Origin: Leptolyngbyaceae cyanobacterium
GTDB lineage: Bacteria > Cyanobacteriota > Cyanobacteriia > Phormidesmidales > Phormidesmidaceae
Assembly: GCA_965263355.1 (NCBI GenBank)
Contig: CBDHHL010000056.1
Coordinates: 2,304,001-2,368,000 of the forward strand
Reading direction: 5' to 3'
DNA length: 64,000 nt
In this document: positions 31,532 to 42,952 of the stretch, in pieces
How positions within the stretch are numbered: the first letter of the stretch is position 1
Layout of the letters: each line of letters begins with the position of its first letter
The notes under the pieces: model-generated
Databases searched by the model: none
Told to the model about the DNA's origin: nothing
What the model saw: the letters and a program-made list of their open reading frames with translations, nothing else
Translations under genes and position numbers: made by a program

Positions 31532-33403
31532 CTATAGGGTAGACCGCAAATTACTGACAGCCCGTTGTAAAGAGGCTAGAGCACGGCTATAACCGAGTGC
31601 CGCACTGACCCAATTGCCTTCAGCCTGGGTCAGCTCGGATTGAGCTGTCAAAACATCTAGCTGGGTACCTACACCAGCATCCAGACGTAAGTTAGCCAAC
31701 TCTAAGGCACGTACAGCTTGATTAATAGCCGTTCTAGCGGTGCGTACATTTTCTTCATTAGACCGCATCGTAAAGTACGCTTGTTCAACTTCAAAACGGA
31801 CCTGATCCAAAACCTCAGAAAAACGTTCTTCAGCGATAGCAGCACTCGCTTCCTGCTGACGGGCTCTGGCATAAGCAGCACCACCATCTACAAGCAACCA
31901 ATTTAATTGGGCTCCAAAGTTATAGTTATCTGAAGAATTATCAAAAAAATCACTCCAAGTATAGTTAGCAAATAAACTAACTTGAGGTTTAACAGCCGCT
32001 CGAGCTGCCCGCGCTTGCTGCAAGCCAATTTCCCGTTGAGCTAACTGCTGCTCTAGCTCCACACGACTTTGAAAAGCTAGTAAGACGCTATCTTCGAGGG
32101 TTAAGCTCCAACGCTCGTAAGTAGCCTCCCAATTCTCTGGAGCCGGAACAGGGGTAGCATTAATATCGACAGTAGAGGGCAAATTCAAGAGTCGTGCAAG
32201 ATTGCGTCGAGCAATGCGCTGCTGAGCTTGGGACTGAATCAAATCCTGCTGGGCATTAGCCAGCTGTACATCAGCACGCAACACATCAAATGTAGTGCCC
32301 ACACCAGCTTCCTGACGCAACGCATTGTCACGTCTATTACGGGTTGCTTCATCTACAAACGCCTGATTAATGCGAATCTGCTCGCCACTTTCTTGCAAAT
32401 CGTAGTAAAGCGTAGTCGTATTTAGTCTCAGTTCTTCACGGCGGCGATCAACCTCAAGCTCACTCAGACGTACTTGCTCTTTAGCCGCTCGCAATGTAGA
32501 AATACGCTGTCCTGATGTAAACACATCGTAGGTTACCTGTAAAGCAGCATTCACCGTGGTGTCAGTACCATCATTCCCAACCTGTCCAAACAGTGTTTGT
32601 GTACTTTCGGTTTCCTGCGTGGTCACATTAGCAGACCCCGATACTACAGGAGAAAATGCGGCACGGGATTCAGCTAGAGTGGCTTCTGCCTGCTCTAACT
32701 CCAATAAAGCGGCTTGCAAATCTTGGTTATTAAAGTAAGCCAGTTCAATCGCTTCTTCAAGCGAGATAATCTGCTTATCCCCTTCTGGTAACGTTACTTC
32801 AGCTTCTAGCGTCGGCACATTTAATGGGTTTGGATCAGCCAGTAACTCCGTAGGCGGGAAGTCACTTGTATCTAGCAAATCATCGCTAGCAGTAGACTCT
32901 GCTTGTCCTGTGTCCGGTACAATTTCCCCCGTATCACTAACAACGGGTGCACCAGGGCTTGCATCCTCAGATGATGCATCGTCTATATCAACATCAACAC
33001 TATCAACCTGCCCATTTGACTCGTTGGTAGGGGGCTCAACACTTTCACTGTCACCATCACTATCCCCCCCTGGCTCAGCATCTGGCGGCAAGGTAGGTAA
33101 CTGAGACACCTGGGTTAGCTGGGATACCCCGTAGTCCATGACTGATTGAGCTACAAAGGTCTTTGAAGGAACACTTACAATCGCAGCTGGAGCAAAAACA
33201 TCCTCTGAATTCGGTAATGAGTTTAGCAGGACAGGATTAAATAAGGACTTATGCGATTCATCAGGCATCGAGCCTACCTGGGTTACGCTTGGTGTTGTTG
33301 GGCCATCGGTTAATATCTTGGCAAGCACTGGCAGAGGAAGCAATGAAAGCGTTCCTCCAAACACAGCTATCCGGATTAAAAAGGAATGGTTGATGTATCC
33401 CAT
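31532..33403 (-). CDS. TolC family outer membrane efflux protein
   Basis: two OEP repeats (AGVGTTFDVLRA, AGVGTQLDVLTAQ); long acidic N-terminal extension. Confidence 0.92.
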   Translation of the reverse strand: MGYINHSFLIRIAVFGGTLSLLPLPVLAKILTDGPTTPSVTQVGSMPDESHKSLFNPVLLNSLPNSEDVFAPAAIVSVPSKTFVAQSVMDYGVSQLTQVSQLPTLPPDAEPGGDSDGDSESVEPPTNESNGQVDSVDVDIDDASSEDASPGAPVVSDTGEIVPDTGQAESTASDDLLDTSDFPPTELLADPNPLNVPTLEAEVTLPEGDKQIISLEEAIELAYFNNQDLQAALLELEQAEATLAESRAAFSPVVSGSANVTTQETESTQTLFGQVGNDGTDTTVNAALQVTYDVFTSGQRISTLRAAKEQVRLSELEVDRRREELRLNTTTLYYDLQESGEQIRINQAFVDEATRNRRDNALRQEAGVGTTFDVLRADVQLANAQQDLIQSQAQQRIARRNLARLLNLPSTVDINATPVPAPENWEATYERWSLTLEDSVLLAFQSRVELEQQLAQREIGLQQARAARAAVKPQVSLFANYTWSDFFDNSSDNYNFGAQLNWLLVDGGAAYARARQQEASAAIAEERFSEVLDQVRFEVEQAYFTMRSNEENVRTARTAINQAVRALELANLRLDAGVGTQLDVLTAQSELTQAEGNWVSAALGYSRALASLQRAVSNLRSTL

Positions 33404-33605
33404 AGTGTTTGCGTCAAATATATAGCTAATAAATCTAGTAAGTTCTTACACAAGCAGAGCTTTAGGGGTGCTCAAAAAGGTATACACCCCTTCAAGCCAA
33501 GAGACAGCCAACCTAGAGTCATGAATTCCAATACAGGATACGAGATCACAGCTAAACACTGAAAGCTTCCAAAATTAGAATTCCATTCTTAAAAAAATAA
33601 ACAGC

Positions 33606-34955
33606 TTATAATGTCACGCAGGCCCTTAATAACCCGGTGATATCATCCACAGGCCACACTGGGCATTGCAGCTGATGTTTCAGCTCCGATAAGGACATGT
33701 CGTCAAGGAAATAACTCTCCTCTGGTGTGGCCTGATGCCCTCGCTTTAACATCAAGGACGGAAGCAATATTCCATCCCCCAGGCTGTTTTTTTTCAGTTT
33801 TCCTAAGATATCGTAACCTGTCAGCAGCCCAGTAACTGTAATCTGCTGTCCCCAATATTTGCTATTGAGTGCAGCCATGGTAACAGTGAGGCCTTGAACC
33901 TGATTTAGCCGCTCTACGATCGGTTTAAATGCTTGTTCTACAGCATTACCAACCACCCATGTTAACTGTCTAGGCGGCTCAACTCGATCAGGCAATGTCT
34001 GGGCGGCTTGCTCAAACTGTTTCAGAAACAAACGAATCGACCCTACACCATTGCCAATTTGAGGGTAGGTTTCGTAATGTGATTCCGGCGGTAAGTTCCG
34101 CCGTGCAATTAAAAACCATTCATCTGCCAGCCATGCAAATGTAGAGCCAAATCTTGCTTGAAATTCAGCTTGTAGCCGTTCTACTTGCTCAATCACTTCA
34201 TTAGCTTTAGCAGTATTCACCGGTATTAGCTCATCTTCAATGGGCCGAAACCGTGTCAGTCCAACCGGCACTACCGCTGCTGAAGCAACAGCAGGAACTT
34301 CGCCAGTATAAAACTCGGCCAAATCCCTCAACGTTCTCTCCAGATGAAGACCATCATTAATGCCAGGGCAAACCACTACCTGAGCATGAATCTGTAGTCG
34401 ATTTTCCTGAAACCATTTGAGCTGCTCTAACAGCAACCCAGCCCGAGGGTTTTTGAGTAACCGTTGCCTAACATCTGGCTCAGTTGCATGAACGGATACA
34501 TACAACGGCGATAATCGCAACCTAGCAATCCGATCCCATTCTGCTGGGGATAAGTTGGTCAGAGTAAGATAACTGCCATAGAGAAAGCTAAGACGGTAGT
34601 CATCATCCTTTAGATAAAGCGTGTCACGTTTACCAGGGGGTTGCTGATCAATAAAACAAAACGGACAGCGATTGTTGCATTGGATCAACCCGTCAAACAG
34701 AGCACTCTCAAATTCCAATCCCAGATCTTCGTCAAAATCTTTCTCAATTTCAACCGTATGGAGCTGTCCAGCAGCATCTGATACTTCCAGGGTCAACCAC
34801 TCATCTGAGCATAAAAATCGATAGTCAATTAGGTCACGGGGACGCTCACCATTGATCGACACTAAGCGATCGCCAGGCTCAAAGCCAATGTCCTCTGCAA
34901 TGGAATCCTTCAGAACACGGGTAATGACAGCCGGCTGGATAGATGCACTACGCAT
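33606..34955 (-). CDS. PDZ-containing Fe-S protein (TIGR03279/DUF512 family)
   Basis: N-terminal PDZ-like segment; CNNRCPFCFIDQ; KDDDYRLSFLYG. Confidence 0.88.
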   Translation of the reverse strand: MRSASIQPAVITRVLKDSIAEDIGFEPGDRLVSINGERPRDLIDYRFLCSDEWLTLEVSDAAGQLHTVEIEKDFDEDLGLEFESALFDGLIQCNNRCPFCFIDQQPPGKRDTLYLKDDDYRLSFLYGSYLTLTNLSPAEWDRIARLRLSPLYVSVHATEPDVRQRLLKNPRAGLLLEQLKWFQENRLQIHAQVVVCPGINDGLHLERTLRDLAEFYTGEVPAVASAAVVPVGLTRFRPIEDELIPVNTAKANEVIEQVERLQAEFQARFGSTFAWLADEWFLIARRNLPPESHYETYPQIGNGVGSIRLFLKQFEQAAQTLPDRVEPPRQLTWVVGNAVEQAFKPIVERLNQVQGLTVTMAALNSKYWGQQITVTGLLTGYDILGKLKKNSLGDGILLPSLMLKRGHQATPEESYFLDDMSLSELKHQLQCPVWPVDDITGLLRACVTL

Positions 34956-35031
34956 ACACTATCAGGCTAGACAATTACTTAATCATACTCATGGAGTCAG
35001 CTGCTTGTGGGCATGGTTTTGAGGGAATGCC

Positions 35032-35937
35032 CTATAGGTTTTGAATAGCATTTGTCGCTAAGCCAATCAGAATAGCTACACCAAACGCGAGACGGTACCA
35101 GACAAATACCCAGGTGCTATGACGTCTCAAAAATTTGATTAGCCATGCGATCGCAAGATAGGACGAAATCACTGCCGCAATCAGTCCACCTATCAGAGGC
35201 ACCAAACTCGCATCTCCCACCTGCGACATTTCATCCAGCAGGCTTTTAAGTTCTACCAAACCAGACAGCAAAATTGCTGGAGTCCCTAGCAAGAAAGAAA
35301 ATCTAGCTGCCGTATCTCGCTCTAACCCCAAAAACAGTCCAGCAGTCAGGGTTGAACCTGAACGAGACACCCCTGGAACCAGAGCCAGGGCCTGCCCTAT
35401 ACCAACCCCAATGCCATCCCATAAATCTAGTTTTTCAAAATTGCGTTGGCGCTTCCCCACTTTCTCAGCCACACCCAAAAGTAAAGCCATGACAATGGAT
35501 GTAATGGCAATCGCCTGGGTACTACGAATCACGGAGTTCTCATATTCCGTTGCAAAAAATAGCTTAATTAGGAGTCCACAAGACACAATTGGAATTGAGC
35601 CCAGGATAATCCCTAACCCCAAACGGAAATCAGAAGACTGATAACGCTTTGCCAACGCCGCCGTGATGGTACCAGAAGTCACCTTAACCAGATCGTCCCA
35701 GAAGTACCACAAAATTGCCGCTAAACTGCCAAGCTGAATAACTGCCGTAAACGCCACCCCAGGATCTCCCCAGCCCAGCGCAACAGGCACAATTTTGACA
35801 TGGGCCGTACTACTAATCGGCAAAAATTCCGTCAGCCCCTGCACAATACCAATCACAATGGCTTGAAATAAATTAATTTGCGCTGCTTGGCTGGTCGGCG
35901 CTTGGGCCAAAAGATCCAATGATTGGCAAACAGACAT
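35032..35937 (-). CDS. uppP: undecaprenyl-diphosphate phosphatase
   Basis: QGLTEFLPISSTAH, PGVSRSG, AARFSFLL. Confidence 0.95.
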   Translation of the reverse strand: MSVCQSLDLLAQAPTSQAAQINLFQAIVIGIVQGLTEFLPISSTAHVKIVPVALGWGDPGVAFTAVIQLGSLAAILWYFWDDLVKVTSGTITAALAKRYQSSDFRLGLGIILGSIPIVSCGLLIKLFFATEYENSVIRSTQAIAITSIVMALLLGVAEKVGKRQRNFEKLDLWDGIGVGIGQALALVPGVSRSGSTLTAGLFLGLERDTAARFSFLLGTPAILLSGLVELKSLLDEMSQVGDASLVPLIGGLIAAVISSYLAIAWLIKFLRRHSTWVFVWYRLAFGVAILIGLATNAIQNL

Positions 35938-36411
35938 GAAAAATGCTCCAAAGCTCGAACTGATCAACTGGGTCTAGCGCAGACCGCTCCTAAAGGACAC
36001 GAACCATTCATAACCCTATCCGGACTACCCTGACTAGCCTTCACCGATAAAAGAACCCCAAAGGTTCAACTAAGACGCCTTTTAATCCGCTGCCAAAACT
36101 GCTCAGCAACTGATAGGTCGTCAAACAATTACATCAGTCACTGACACAATTAGTCTTAAAACAATCCTCAAAAAAAGCTGAAGTTTAACTGAAAAATAAC
36201 CAATATCCGCTAACGTACTATCTGATAGATAGATAAGCTCAAGAAGTCCATATCGACATCTTTTATAATTGAGCATCCTTAAAGTATTTACATATTGCAA
36301 TATCATCTAAGTCGCCATTTATGAAGCTACGGTTCCTGAGCGGCTTAATTAACATGTTATGTTAAGAATAATTAACCTCACTCAGAATTCCATTGAATTC
36401 ATTAGGCAGCA

Positions 36412-37104
36412 TTGTTATCCGAAACTTCGCCTCAATCCCAACTCACTGAACGGTTAAATTTTCAGTCTGCCGGACAGCGATCGCATGCTTTTTTAGCCGC
36501 TGCATTCTTGGTCAGTTTACCTGTGTTTATTCAGGCTCCCCTGGTGCGTCTTCACCCCTGGATCAGTGTAGTTATCACGTTTATTTGGCTCATCATTGGT
36601 GTGCATATGCTGCGTCAGCCAAAGCTCGAGCTATGGGGAGATTTAGCCATCGGTTTTACATGGACCTGGCTTGCTGGCAGTCTTTACTGGGGATGGCTTA
36701 GGGACAATCCCTATGTCCATTTACCAGTGGAGGCCATTGGCTTACCCATTGTCATTATCTTTATTAGTCACAACCGCTATAGAGTAGGTAGTTATTTTTA
36801 CTTAGGCTCCTTACTGGGGACTGCTATTACCGATCTCTACTTTTACTGGGTTGATTTAATCCCCTATTGGCGTCAGGCGATGCAAGTAGAGCCAACGGCT
36901 GTTGGCAGCGTCCTGCAATCTGCTCTCTTGCAAATTGAAAACCCAACAGCAGTGTTACGGGCGATAATATTGCTCGTATTTCTCGTTATTGTCGGCACGC
37001 TAGCCCTCAAATCCAATCAGGTTCACTGGTGGGCCTTTGCTGGAGCAGTCTTGAGCACAATTCTGGTAGACGCCTTATTTTTATTAGCAGCTAACCTGGC
37101 ATAA
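36412..37104 (+). CDS. DUF3120 family membrane protein
   Basis: LVSLPVFIQAPLVR, HLPVEAIGLP, GTAITDLY. Confidence 0.8.
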   Translation: MLSETSPQSQLTERLNFQSAGQRSHAFLAAAFLVSLPVFIQAPLVRLHPWISVVITFIWLIIGVHMLRQPKLELWGDLAIGFTWTWLAGSLYWGWLRDNPYVHLPVEAIGLPIVIIFISHNRYRVGSYFYLGSLLGTAITDLYFYWVDLIPYWRQAMQVEPTAVGSVLQSALLQIENPTAVLRAIILLVFLVIVGTLALKSNQVHWWAFAGAVLSTILVDALFLLAANLA

Positions 37105-37368
37105 AGCGTCAATAGCGCAGCACTTAGCTTGATCAAACAAGTCAATCTCTTGACAAATTGGGCAGATTACTTCACGGTAGGCATCTAGCGTACAGCTGAG
37201 CAAAATTAGTTGAAGATATGGATAACGTACGGAGCTTTGACCGCACGGACTGCAGATCAGCAGTATCGTGTATGTAGTGCACAATAAATAAGCACAAAGG
37301 CTATAGTGCAGATAAGAACTGTAGCGTTAAGGTATAGGACATAGGCTGACTCGAATCATCGAGGTATA

Positions 37369-38415
37369 GTGTCATTCCCTGAAAAGAAACCGCAAGTTGG
37401 ACCTTATTTGGTCCTTAAAACAGACTCAGGTCAACGTCACCTATCGTTGATTGGTAATAGTTGCTGGACTATTGGCCGAAGTGACGATAACAATTTTGTC
37501 TTGCCTGATCGCTGGATTTCCCGCAACCATGCAATGCTGCAATTTATGGAAAGCGGGGAGTTTTATTTGATTGATTTAGGTAGTCGAAATGGCTCGTTTG
37601 TAAATGGCCGTCGCGTTAGCGTACCTGTCACACTTCGTAATGGAGACGCCTTAACCTTTGGACAAACTGAGCTGCAGTTTTACTGTCCTGCACCAGAACC
37701 AGTTACCAATAACAACACTTCGATCAGTTCCCACGATTCTACGGCAACGGCTACTTTACATGTGCGTCGTTTGATCTCAGTCATGGTGGTCGATATCCGA
37801 GATTTCACAGTGATGACTCGGCAGATCGATGAAAAGACTCTGTCTGAGGTAATTGGTACTTGGTTTCGCCATGCAGGTAATATCATCGGCGAATATGGCA
37901 GTTGGGTGGATAAATACATCGGTGATGCTGTGATGGCCGTTTGGATTCATGGCACCCAAGAGGTAGAAGCTGAGGAAATGCTGAATATTAGTCGTGCTAT
38001 CAGTGCATTGAATGATATGACACGGAAACTTCATCAGCAATTTCCATTGTTACCCTTTCCATTACGAGTGGGGGCTGGTGTCAACACTGGCTATGCCGTT
38101 GTCGGTAACACTGGTACTGGTGATCGGCCTGATTACACTGCCCTTGGAGATACTGTTAATGCAGCTTTTCGTTTCGAAAGCTCAACCAAACAGCTGGGGT
38201 TAGATGTAGCTTTGGGTGCAGAAACCTACAAGTATTTGAGTAAGCTGGGGGCCAATGAGCAAACATTCAAGCGCTATTCAGCTTTACTCAAGGGGTATGA
38301 TAAACCCTTAACTACCTATGCTTGCACGTTTTCAGACTTAGATAGATTTCTGATCAGCTACGATCGCAACAACGCCTCAGTGCCTGTGAAATCCTCATCT
38401 GTCCAGTCATCCTAA
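37369..38415 (+). CDS. FHA-domain class III adenylate cyclase (Cya1/CyaD-like)
   Basis: FHA motifs IGR, SRNHA, SRNG; cyclase motifs DIRDFT, KYIGDAVM, YTALGDTVNAAFR. Confidence 0.9.
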   Translation: MSFPEKKPQVGPYLVLKTDSGQRHLSLIGNSCWTIGRSDDNNFVLPDRWISRNHAMLQFMESGEFYLIDLGSRNGSFVNGRRVSVPVTLRNGDALTFGQTELQFYCPAPEPVTNNNTSISSHDSTATATLHVRRLISVMVVDIRDFTVMTRQIDEKTLSEVIGTWFRHAGNIIGEYGSWVDKYIGDAVMAVWIHGTQEVEAEEMLNISRAISALNDMTRKLHQQFPLLPFPLRVGAGVNTGYAVVGNTGTGDRPDYTALGDTVNAAFRFESSTKQLGLDVALGAETYKYLSKLGANEQTFKRYSALLKGYDKPLTTYACTFSDLDRFLISYDRNNASVPVKSSSVQSS

Positions 38416-38546
38416 GTGAATACTATGGGGACATTTGCGTAACGGTCCGCAACGGATTATCAGCATTACTCAACATTCGAACAGCGAAAGTGATACGCTT
38501 CTCATTAATGCTGTGTATTAGATTTGAATAAATCCGGCGGAGAGAG

Positions 38547-38963
38547 ATGAAACGATTCTTTGGCCTATTAATGGCGCTTGGACTGGTATTTGGTACTTTG
38601 GTGAGCAATGCTCAACCTGCGGTAGCAAGCATGTTGAATAACGGTACAGCACTCTTAGCTGAAACTACACTGCCCCGCAACGCAGTGGATGACAAGTTAG
38701 CTACAGAATATGGCTATAAGCTTGATGTGAATAACACTAACGTTGCGGCATTCAGAAAGTATCGGGGTCTATTTCCAACAATCGCAGGCAAAATCATTCG
38801 GAACGCCCCCTATGAGAATCTAGATGACATTCTAGAGATACCGGGGCTGAGCGATGTTGAAAAATCACGTATCCAAGAAAATATGGATGTTTTCACCATC
38901 TCTCCTCCTAACCCTGCATTAGTTGAGGGTGATGACCGTTATAATAACGGTGCTTATAAGTAA
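38547..38963 (+). CDS. psbU: photosystem II 12 kDa extrinsic protein PsbU
   Basis: signal peptide; KLDVNNT, GLFPTIA, DRYNNGAY. Confidence 0.93.
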   Translation: MKRFFGLLMALGLVFGTLVSNAQPAVASMLNNGTALLAETTLPRNAVDDKLATEYGYKLDVNNTNVAAFRKYRGLFPTIAGKIIRNAPYENLDDILEIPGLSDVEKSRIQENMDVFTISPPNPALVEGDDRYNNGAYK

Positions 38964-39141
38964 GCCCTCATAGCCTGTGCCGATTGCCAAGCATGGAATT
39001 CAGGCTCAAACCTAATTTCAATACTGGGCTCAAGGACTTGAAGGTCAGATAGAGCCCAAACGTTGCGATTCTTTTGTATTGTCTTTATCGCTCATTGCTC
39101 TTGATAGAGTGGTTTAATCCCTCTGTCAGGAGCAAATTTTA

Positions 39142-40815
39142 TTGGCACGTGCGTCTTATTCCCCTGCGTCCTTACCATCACAGTTTGACGTTTTGGTCGT
39201 CGGTGGTGGAGCCGCTGGCTTGTATTCAGCCCTGTGTTTACCGGCAACGTTACAAGTCGGTTTGATCACCAAAGATACACTGTCTGTATCTGCCAGTGAC
39301 TGGGCCCAGGGAGGTATTGCAGCTGCGATCGCACCTGACGATACCCCAGAACTCCACATTGCCGATACCCTCAAAGCTGGTGCCGGTCTATGCGAACGCG
39401 AAGCGGTAGACGTTTTAGTTAGACAGGCTGGACATTGTATCCAGAACCTGACACAGATGGGAGTCGCGTTTGACCGCACAGGCAATCAGCTAGCTATGAC
39501 TCTTGAGGCAGCTCATTCACGACGGCGAGTTCTCCATGCTGCTGACACCACCGGGCGCGCTGTAATTACTACATTGGCAGCCCAGGTAATCAAACGCTCA
39601 AACATCCATGTTTTTAATCAGGCCTTAGCCCTGGACCTATGGATTCATCAAGAAGCCTGCTGTGGTGTACAGCTGGTATATAACCAGCAGTTAACTTGGG
39701 TACAGGCTAAAGCCGTGGTGCTAGCAACCGGTGGCGGTGGTCAAATCTACTCACAAACCACCAACCCAGCTGCCAGCACAGGTGATGGTGTCGCCATGGC
39801 TTGGCGCGCTGGAGCCATTCTACGGGATTTGGAATTTATGCAATTTCATCCCACAGCGTTGACCCAGGAAGGCGCACCTCGATTTCTTATTAGTGAGGCT
39901 GTGAGAGGAGAAGGGGCGCATCTAGTCGATCTCCATGGTCGTAGGTTTGCCTTTGATTACCATCCCGATGGCGAGTTAGCTCCCAGAGATGTAGTCAGTC
40001 GCGCTATTTTTAAGCATCTTCAAAAAAATCCAGATGAATCTGTTGTGTATCTAGACCTGAGGGTTATTGATCCAGAGCGAGTGCAGCATCGGTTCCCAAA
40101 TATCATCCGTAAATGTCGCAAGTGGGCAGGGATTAACGTGTTGGAGACCCCGATTCCTGTTTCCCCTGCCGCCCACTATTGGATGGGCGGCATAGTCACT
40201 GACCTAAATAGTAAAACTACGATTTCTCGACTCTATGCTGTTGGGGAAAATGCTAGCACGGGTGTCCATGGAGCTAATCGACTAGCGAGTAATTCATTGC
40301 TTGAATGTCTTGTATTTGGGGCACAGCTAAACAATCTCACGCCTGAACCGTTAGATAACCTTACCAAACCCAGCATTGCCCACAATAACCTAGGCCCCCC
40401 TGCCGAACTTAATGAATCTAACCAATGGCTTAAGCAACATCGCACAGCTATTGGGCAACTGTTATGGCAAAGTGCAGGTATTTCTCGCGAAGCCAGCCAA
40501 ATGAATACTGGTTTAGAGAAATTAGCTCAATGGCAAACAGATTTTGACATAATGCCCATAACTCAGGTCATGAAGGAATTAAAAGAGCCAGCAAATCATC
40601 AGCTACCGGCTCAACTCACGCTGGAAACATTACGTTTGTGGACAGAGACCCGAAATTTACTCACAGTAGCGACATTAGTACTTAAAAGCGCTCTATTTCG
40701 CACAGAAAGTCGTGGCGGCCATTACCGTAGTGACTATCCTAAAACCAATGACGATTGGCAAGTGCATACTCTTATTCATGCAGAGACATGCTTAAGGTCA
40801 CAATCAGTGGTGTAG
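39142..40815 (+). CDS. nadB: L-aspartate oxidase
   Basis: WAQGGIAA, EAAHSRRR, QFHPT, HGANRLASNSLLE. Confidence 0.96.
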   Translation: MARASYSPASLPSQFDVLVVGGGAAGLYSALCLPATLQVGLITKDTLSVSASDWAQGGIAAAIAPDDTPELHIADTLKAGAGLCEREAVDVLVRQAGHCIQNLTQMGVAFDRTGNQLAMTLEAAHSRRRVLHAADTTGRAVITTLAAQVIKRSNIHVFNQALALDLWIHQEACCGVQLVYNQQLTWVQAKAVVLATGGGGQIYSQTTNPAASTGDGVAMAWRAGAILRDLEFMQFHPTALTQEGAPRFLISEAVRGEGAHLVDLHGRRFAFDYHPDGELAPRDVVSRAIFKHLQKNPDESVVYLDLRVIDPERVQHRFPNIIRKCRKWAGINVLETPIPVSPAAHYWMGGIVTDLNSKTTISRLYAVGENASTGVHGANRLASNSLLECLVFGAQLNNLTPEPLDNLTKPSIAHNNLGPPAELNESNQWLKQHRTAIGQLLWQSAGISREASQMNTGLEKLAQWQTDFDIMPITQVMKELKEPANHQLPAQLTLETLRLWTETRNLLTVATLVLKSALFRTESRGGHYRSDYPKTNDDWQVHTLIHAETCLRSQSVV

Positions 40816-40844
40816 TCTTTACCACAGTTTACAGTCACAGTTCT

Positions 40845-42896
40845 CTAGGGTTGTTGACTATGCTTTATTTGCTCGATCATTTGCGTGTGAGTATTTGCCG
40901 TCTCTTTACAAGTAACTCCCTGACAAACCATTCCTATAGCTCCCTCTGGCAAATGAGCCTCAAGAGATAAGACAGCTGTCGGTAGATACTCACGTAACAA
41001 CTGTTTGCCATGCTCGGCAGTCGTACAAATTAGAGTTTGGCATCGATACCAATCCAGGGCCTGAAACAGTGTTGGGCAGGCGCGAGTCGCTTGATCCATC
41101 ACCACACTAAAAGATCGTAAGCTCTTTTCAGCACAGTCTAAATACGTCAAATCTTTAGTGAGCAAAAAGAGCCTTATGAGATTAGTCACTGCTAACCCAT
41201 TAGCGGCTGGCGTAGCATTGTCTTGATAGCTACGCTCTCGTACTAAAAGACTATCGCTGGCATCACTCGCTGTGTTGTAATAGCCGCTGGCAGCATCACT
41301 CCATAGCCATCGATCAAACTCGGACTGAGTCGCTTTAGCATGAGCTAACCAATCTTCGGTTCCCCTGTCCAAAAAGGCAAGGCTAGCCTGCTGAACATCA
41401 AGTAAAGCCTTGATAAATAATGCATAGTCTTCTGACTGGGCTAAGACAGCTGGAGTGCCATCGTAGTTAAGCCGATGCAAGCGTCCGTTTACCCATTGGT
41501 TATCCAAAATAAACTTGGCTGCAGCAACCGCTAAGTCTAGGTACTCCACTTGATCAAATACGGCAGCAGCACGAGCCAGCCCTGAAATCATTAGGCTATT
41601 CCAGGCAACAATCATCTTAGTATCAGTCACTGGGGGAATACGCCCTGGCCAGGTGGTGTTTTTAGCCGCTACCGCATCAACAGCTGGGGCAAAGGTGTCT
41701 ACGTCAGCTTGACCATACCGAATGACAAACAGTTTTTGCAGAGCAGTCTCTGTTTCGGCGCTGAGCGATTCAGACTGCCGTCGCTTGAGCACAATATTGC
41801 CTTCAAAATTACCATCAGCTGCAATGAAAAAGTCAGCGCTTAGAGCAGAAAATTCTGAATCGGTTAAATAGGCTCGCAAATCGGCCTCACGCCACACATA
41901 AAATGCCCCCTCTTCGGGTTCCGCATCATTGGTTGTAATAAAACTGTCAGCATCCTGAGCTGCATAGAAGTAGCCAGCCCACATCTCTCGTTTTAACCAT
42001 TGCACCGTCCCGGCAATGGCTCTCTCAAAGGCTGGTTCGTGATGTCCTTGACTCCACAGCTCGGCAAGATACTCCATAATCAGCCCGTTATCATAGAGCA
42101 TTTTTTCAAAGTGGGGCACCGTCCAGTTGGGATCCACGGTGTAGCGATGAAAGCCCCCTGCAACATGGTCATAGATGCCTCCTAGGGCTAGATCCAGACC
42201 CCGATGCAAACAAATTTGCTCAGGGTTTAATGAATCTGTAGGCTCAACTAATCGCACAGATCGTAAAGCACTCAGCCCATAAGGAATCATGGGAAAACTT
42301 GTGCCTTGCCCAGACGGGAGAACTATTTTGGCACTGGCTGTCAGCCCTCGCGTCAGTAATTCGGTGCTCAGATTCTCGTCTGCAGGCAATAAGGCAGACT
42401 GTTGCAGGGTTTCTAAAATTTGGGATTTGACAGCACCTACCTTTGATTTGTCTGTATCGTAAAGGTTGCGGAGGATCTCAAGCAGTTGCAAAAAACCAGG
42501 ACGACCATAACGGGGCTCAACAGGGAAGTAGGTGCCCCCATAGAAAGGAACTAAATCGTCGGGTGATAAAAAAATATTGAGGGGCCAACCACCCTGCCCG
42601 ACCAGCATTTGCAGTGCTTGCATGTAAATGCTATCGAGGTCAGGACGTTCCTCGCGGTCTACTTTGATGGGTAAGAAATTGGCGTTTAGATAGGTTGCGA
42701 TCGCAACATCTGAAAATGCTTCCCCCTCCATCACCGTACACCAGTGACAGCTGGAGTATCCGACCGACAAAAATATGGGTTTATCATCCCGGCGTGCCAC
42801 CTCTAGCGCTTCATTACACCAAGGCCACCAGTCGATCGGATTGTGGGCATGCTTCCGCAAGTAAAGACTCTGGCTTTGGGCGAGCCGATTGACCAT
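40845..42896 (-). CDS. YyaL/SSP411-like thioredoxin domain protein
   Basis: GYSSCHWCTVM, DREERPD, GGWPL, PHFEKMLYDN. Confidence 0.92.
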   Translation of the reverse strand: MVNRLAQSQSLYLRKHAHNPIDWWPWCNEALEVARRDDKPIFLSVGYSSCHWCTVMEGEAFSDVAIATYLNANFLPIKVDREERPDLDSIYMQALQMLVGQGGWPLNIFLSPDDLVPFYGGTYFPVEPRYGRPGFLQLLEILRNLYDTDKSKVGAVKSQILETLQQSALLPADENLSTELLTRGLTASAKIVLPSGQGTSFPMIPYGLSALRSVRLVEPTDSLNPEQICLHRGLDLALGGIYDHVAGGFHRYTVDPNWTVPHFEKMLYDNGLIMEYLAELWSQGHHEPAFERAIAGTVQWLKREMWAGYFYAAQDADSFITTNDAEPEEGAFYVWREADLRAYLTDSEFSALSADFFIAADGNFEGNIVLKRRQSESLSAETETALQKLFVIRYGQADVDTFAPAVDAVAAKNTTWPGRIPPVTDTKMIVAWNSLMISGLARAAAVFDQVEYLDLAVAAAKFILDNQWVNGRLHRLNYDGTPAVLAQSEDYALFIKALLDVQQASLAFLDRGTEDWLAHAKATQSEFDRWLWSDAASGYYNTASDASDSLLVRERSYQDNATPAANGLAVTNLIRLFLLTKDLTYLDCAEKSLRSFSVVMDQATRACPTLFQALDWYRCQTLICTTAEHGKQLLREYLPTAVLSLEAHLPEGAIGMVCQGVTCKETANTHTQMIEQIKHSQQP

Positions 42897-42952
42897 GGAT
42901 CAACAAGAAACGAATACCCCTATGAGTGTATCAAGGTTAAACCAAACCGCGT

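Noticed and set aside
36019..36024. Intergenic TCCGGA upstream of uppP as another DIF1 promoter
   Set aside because: No matching -10 element at 18-nt spacing on either strand; a 6-mer is expected by chance
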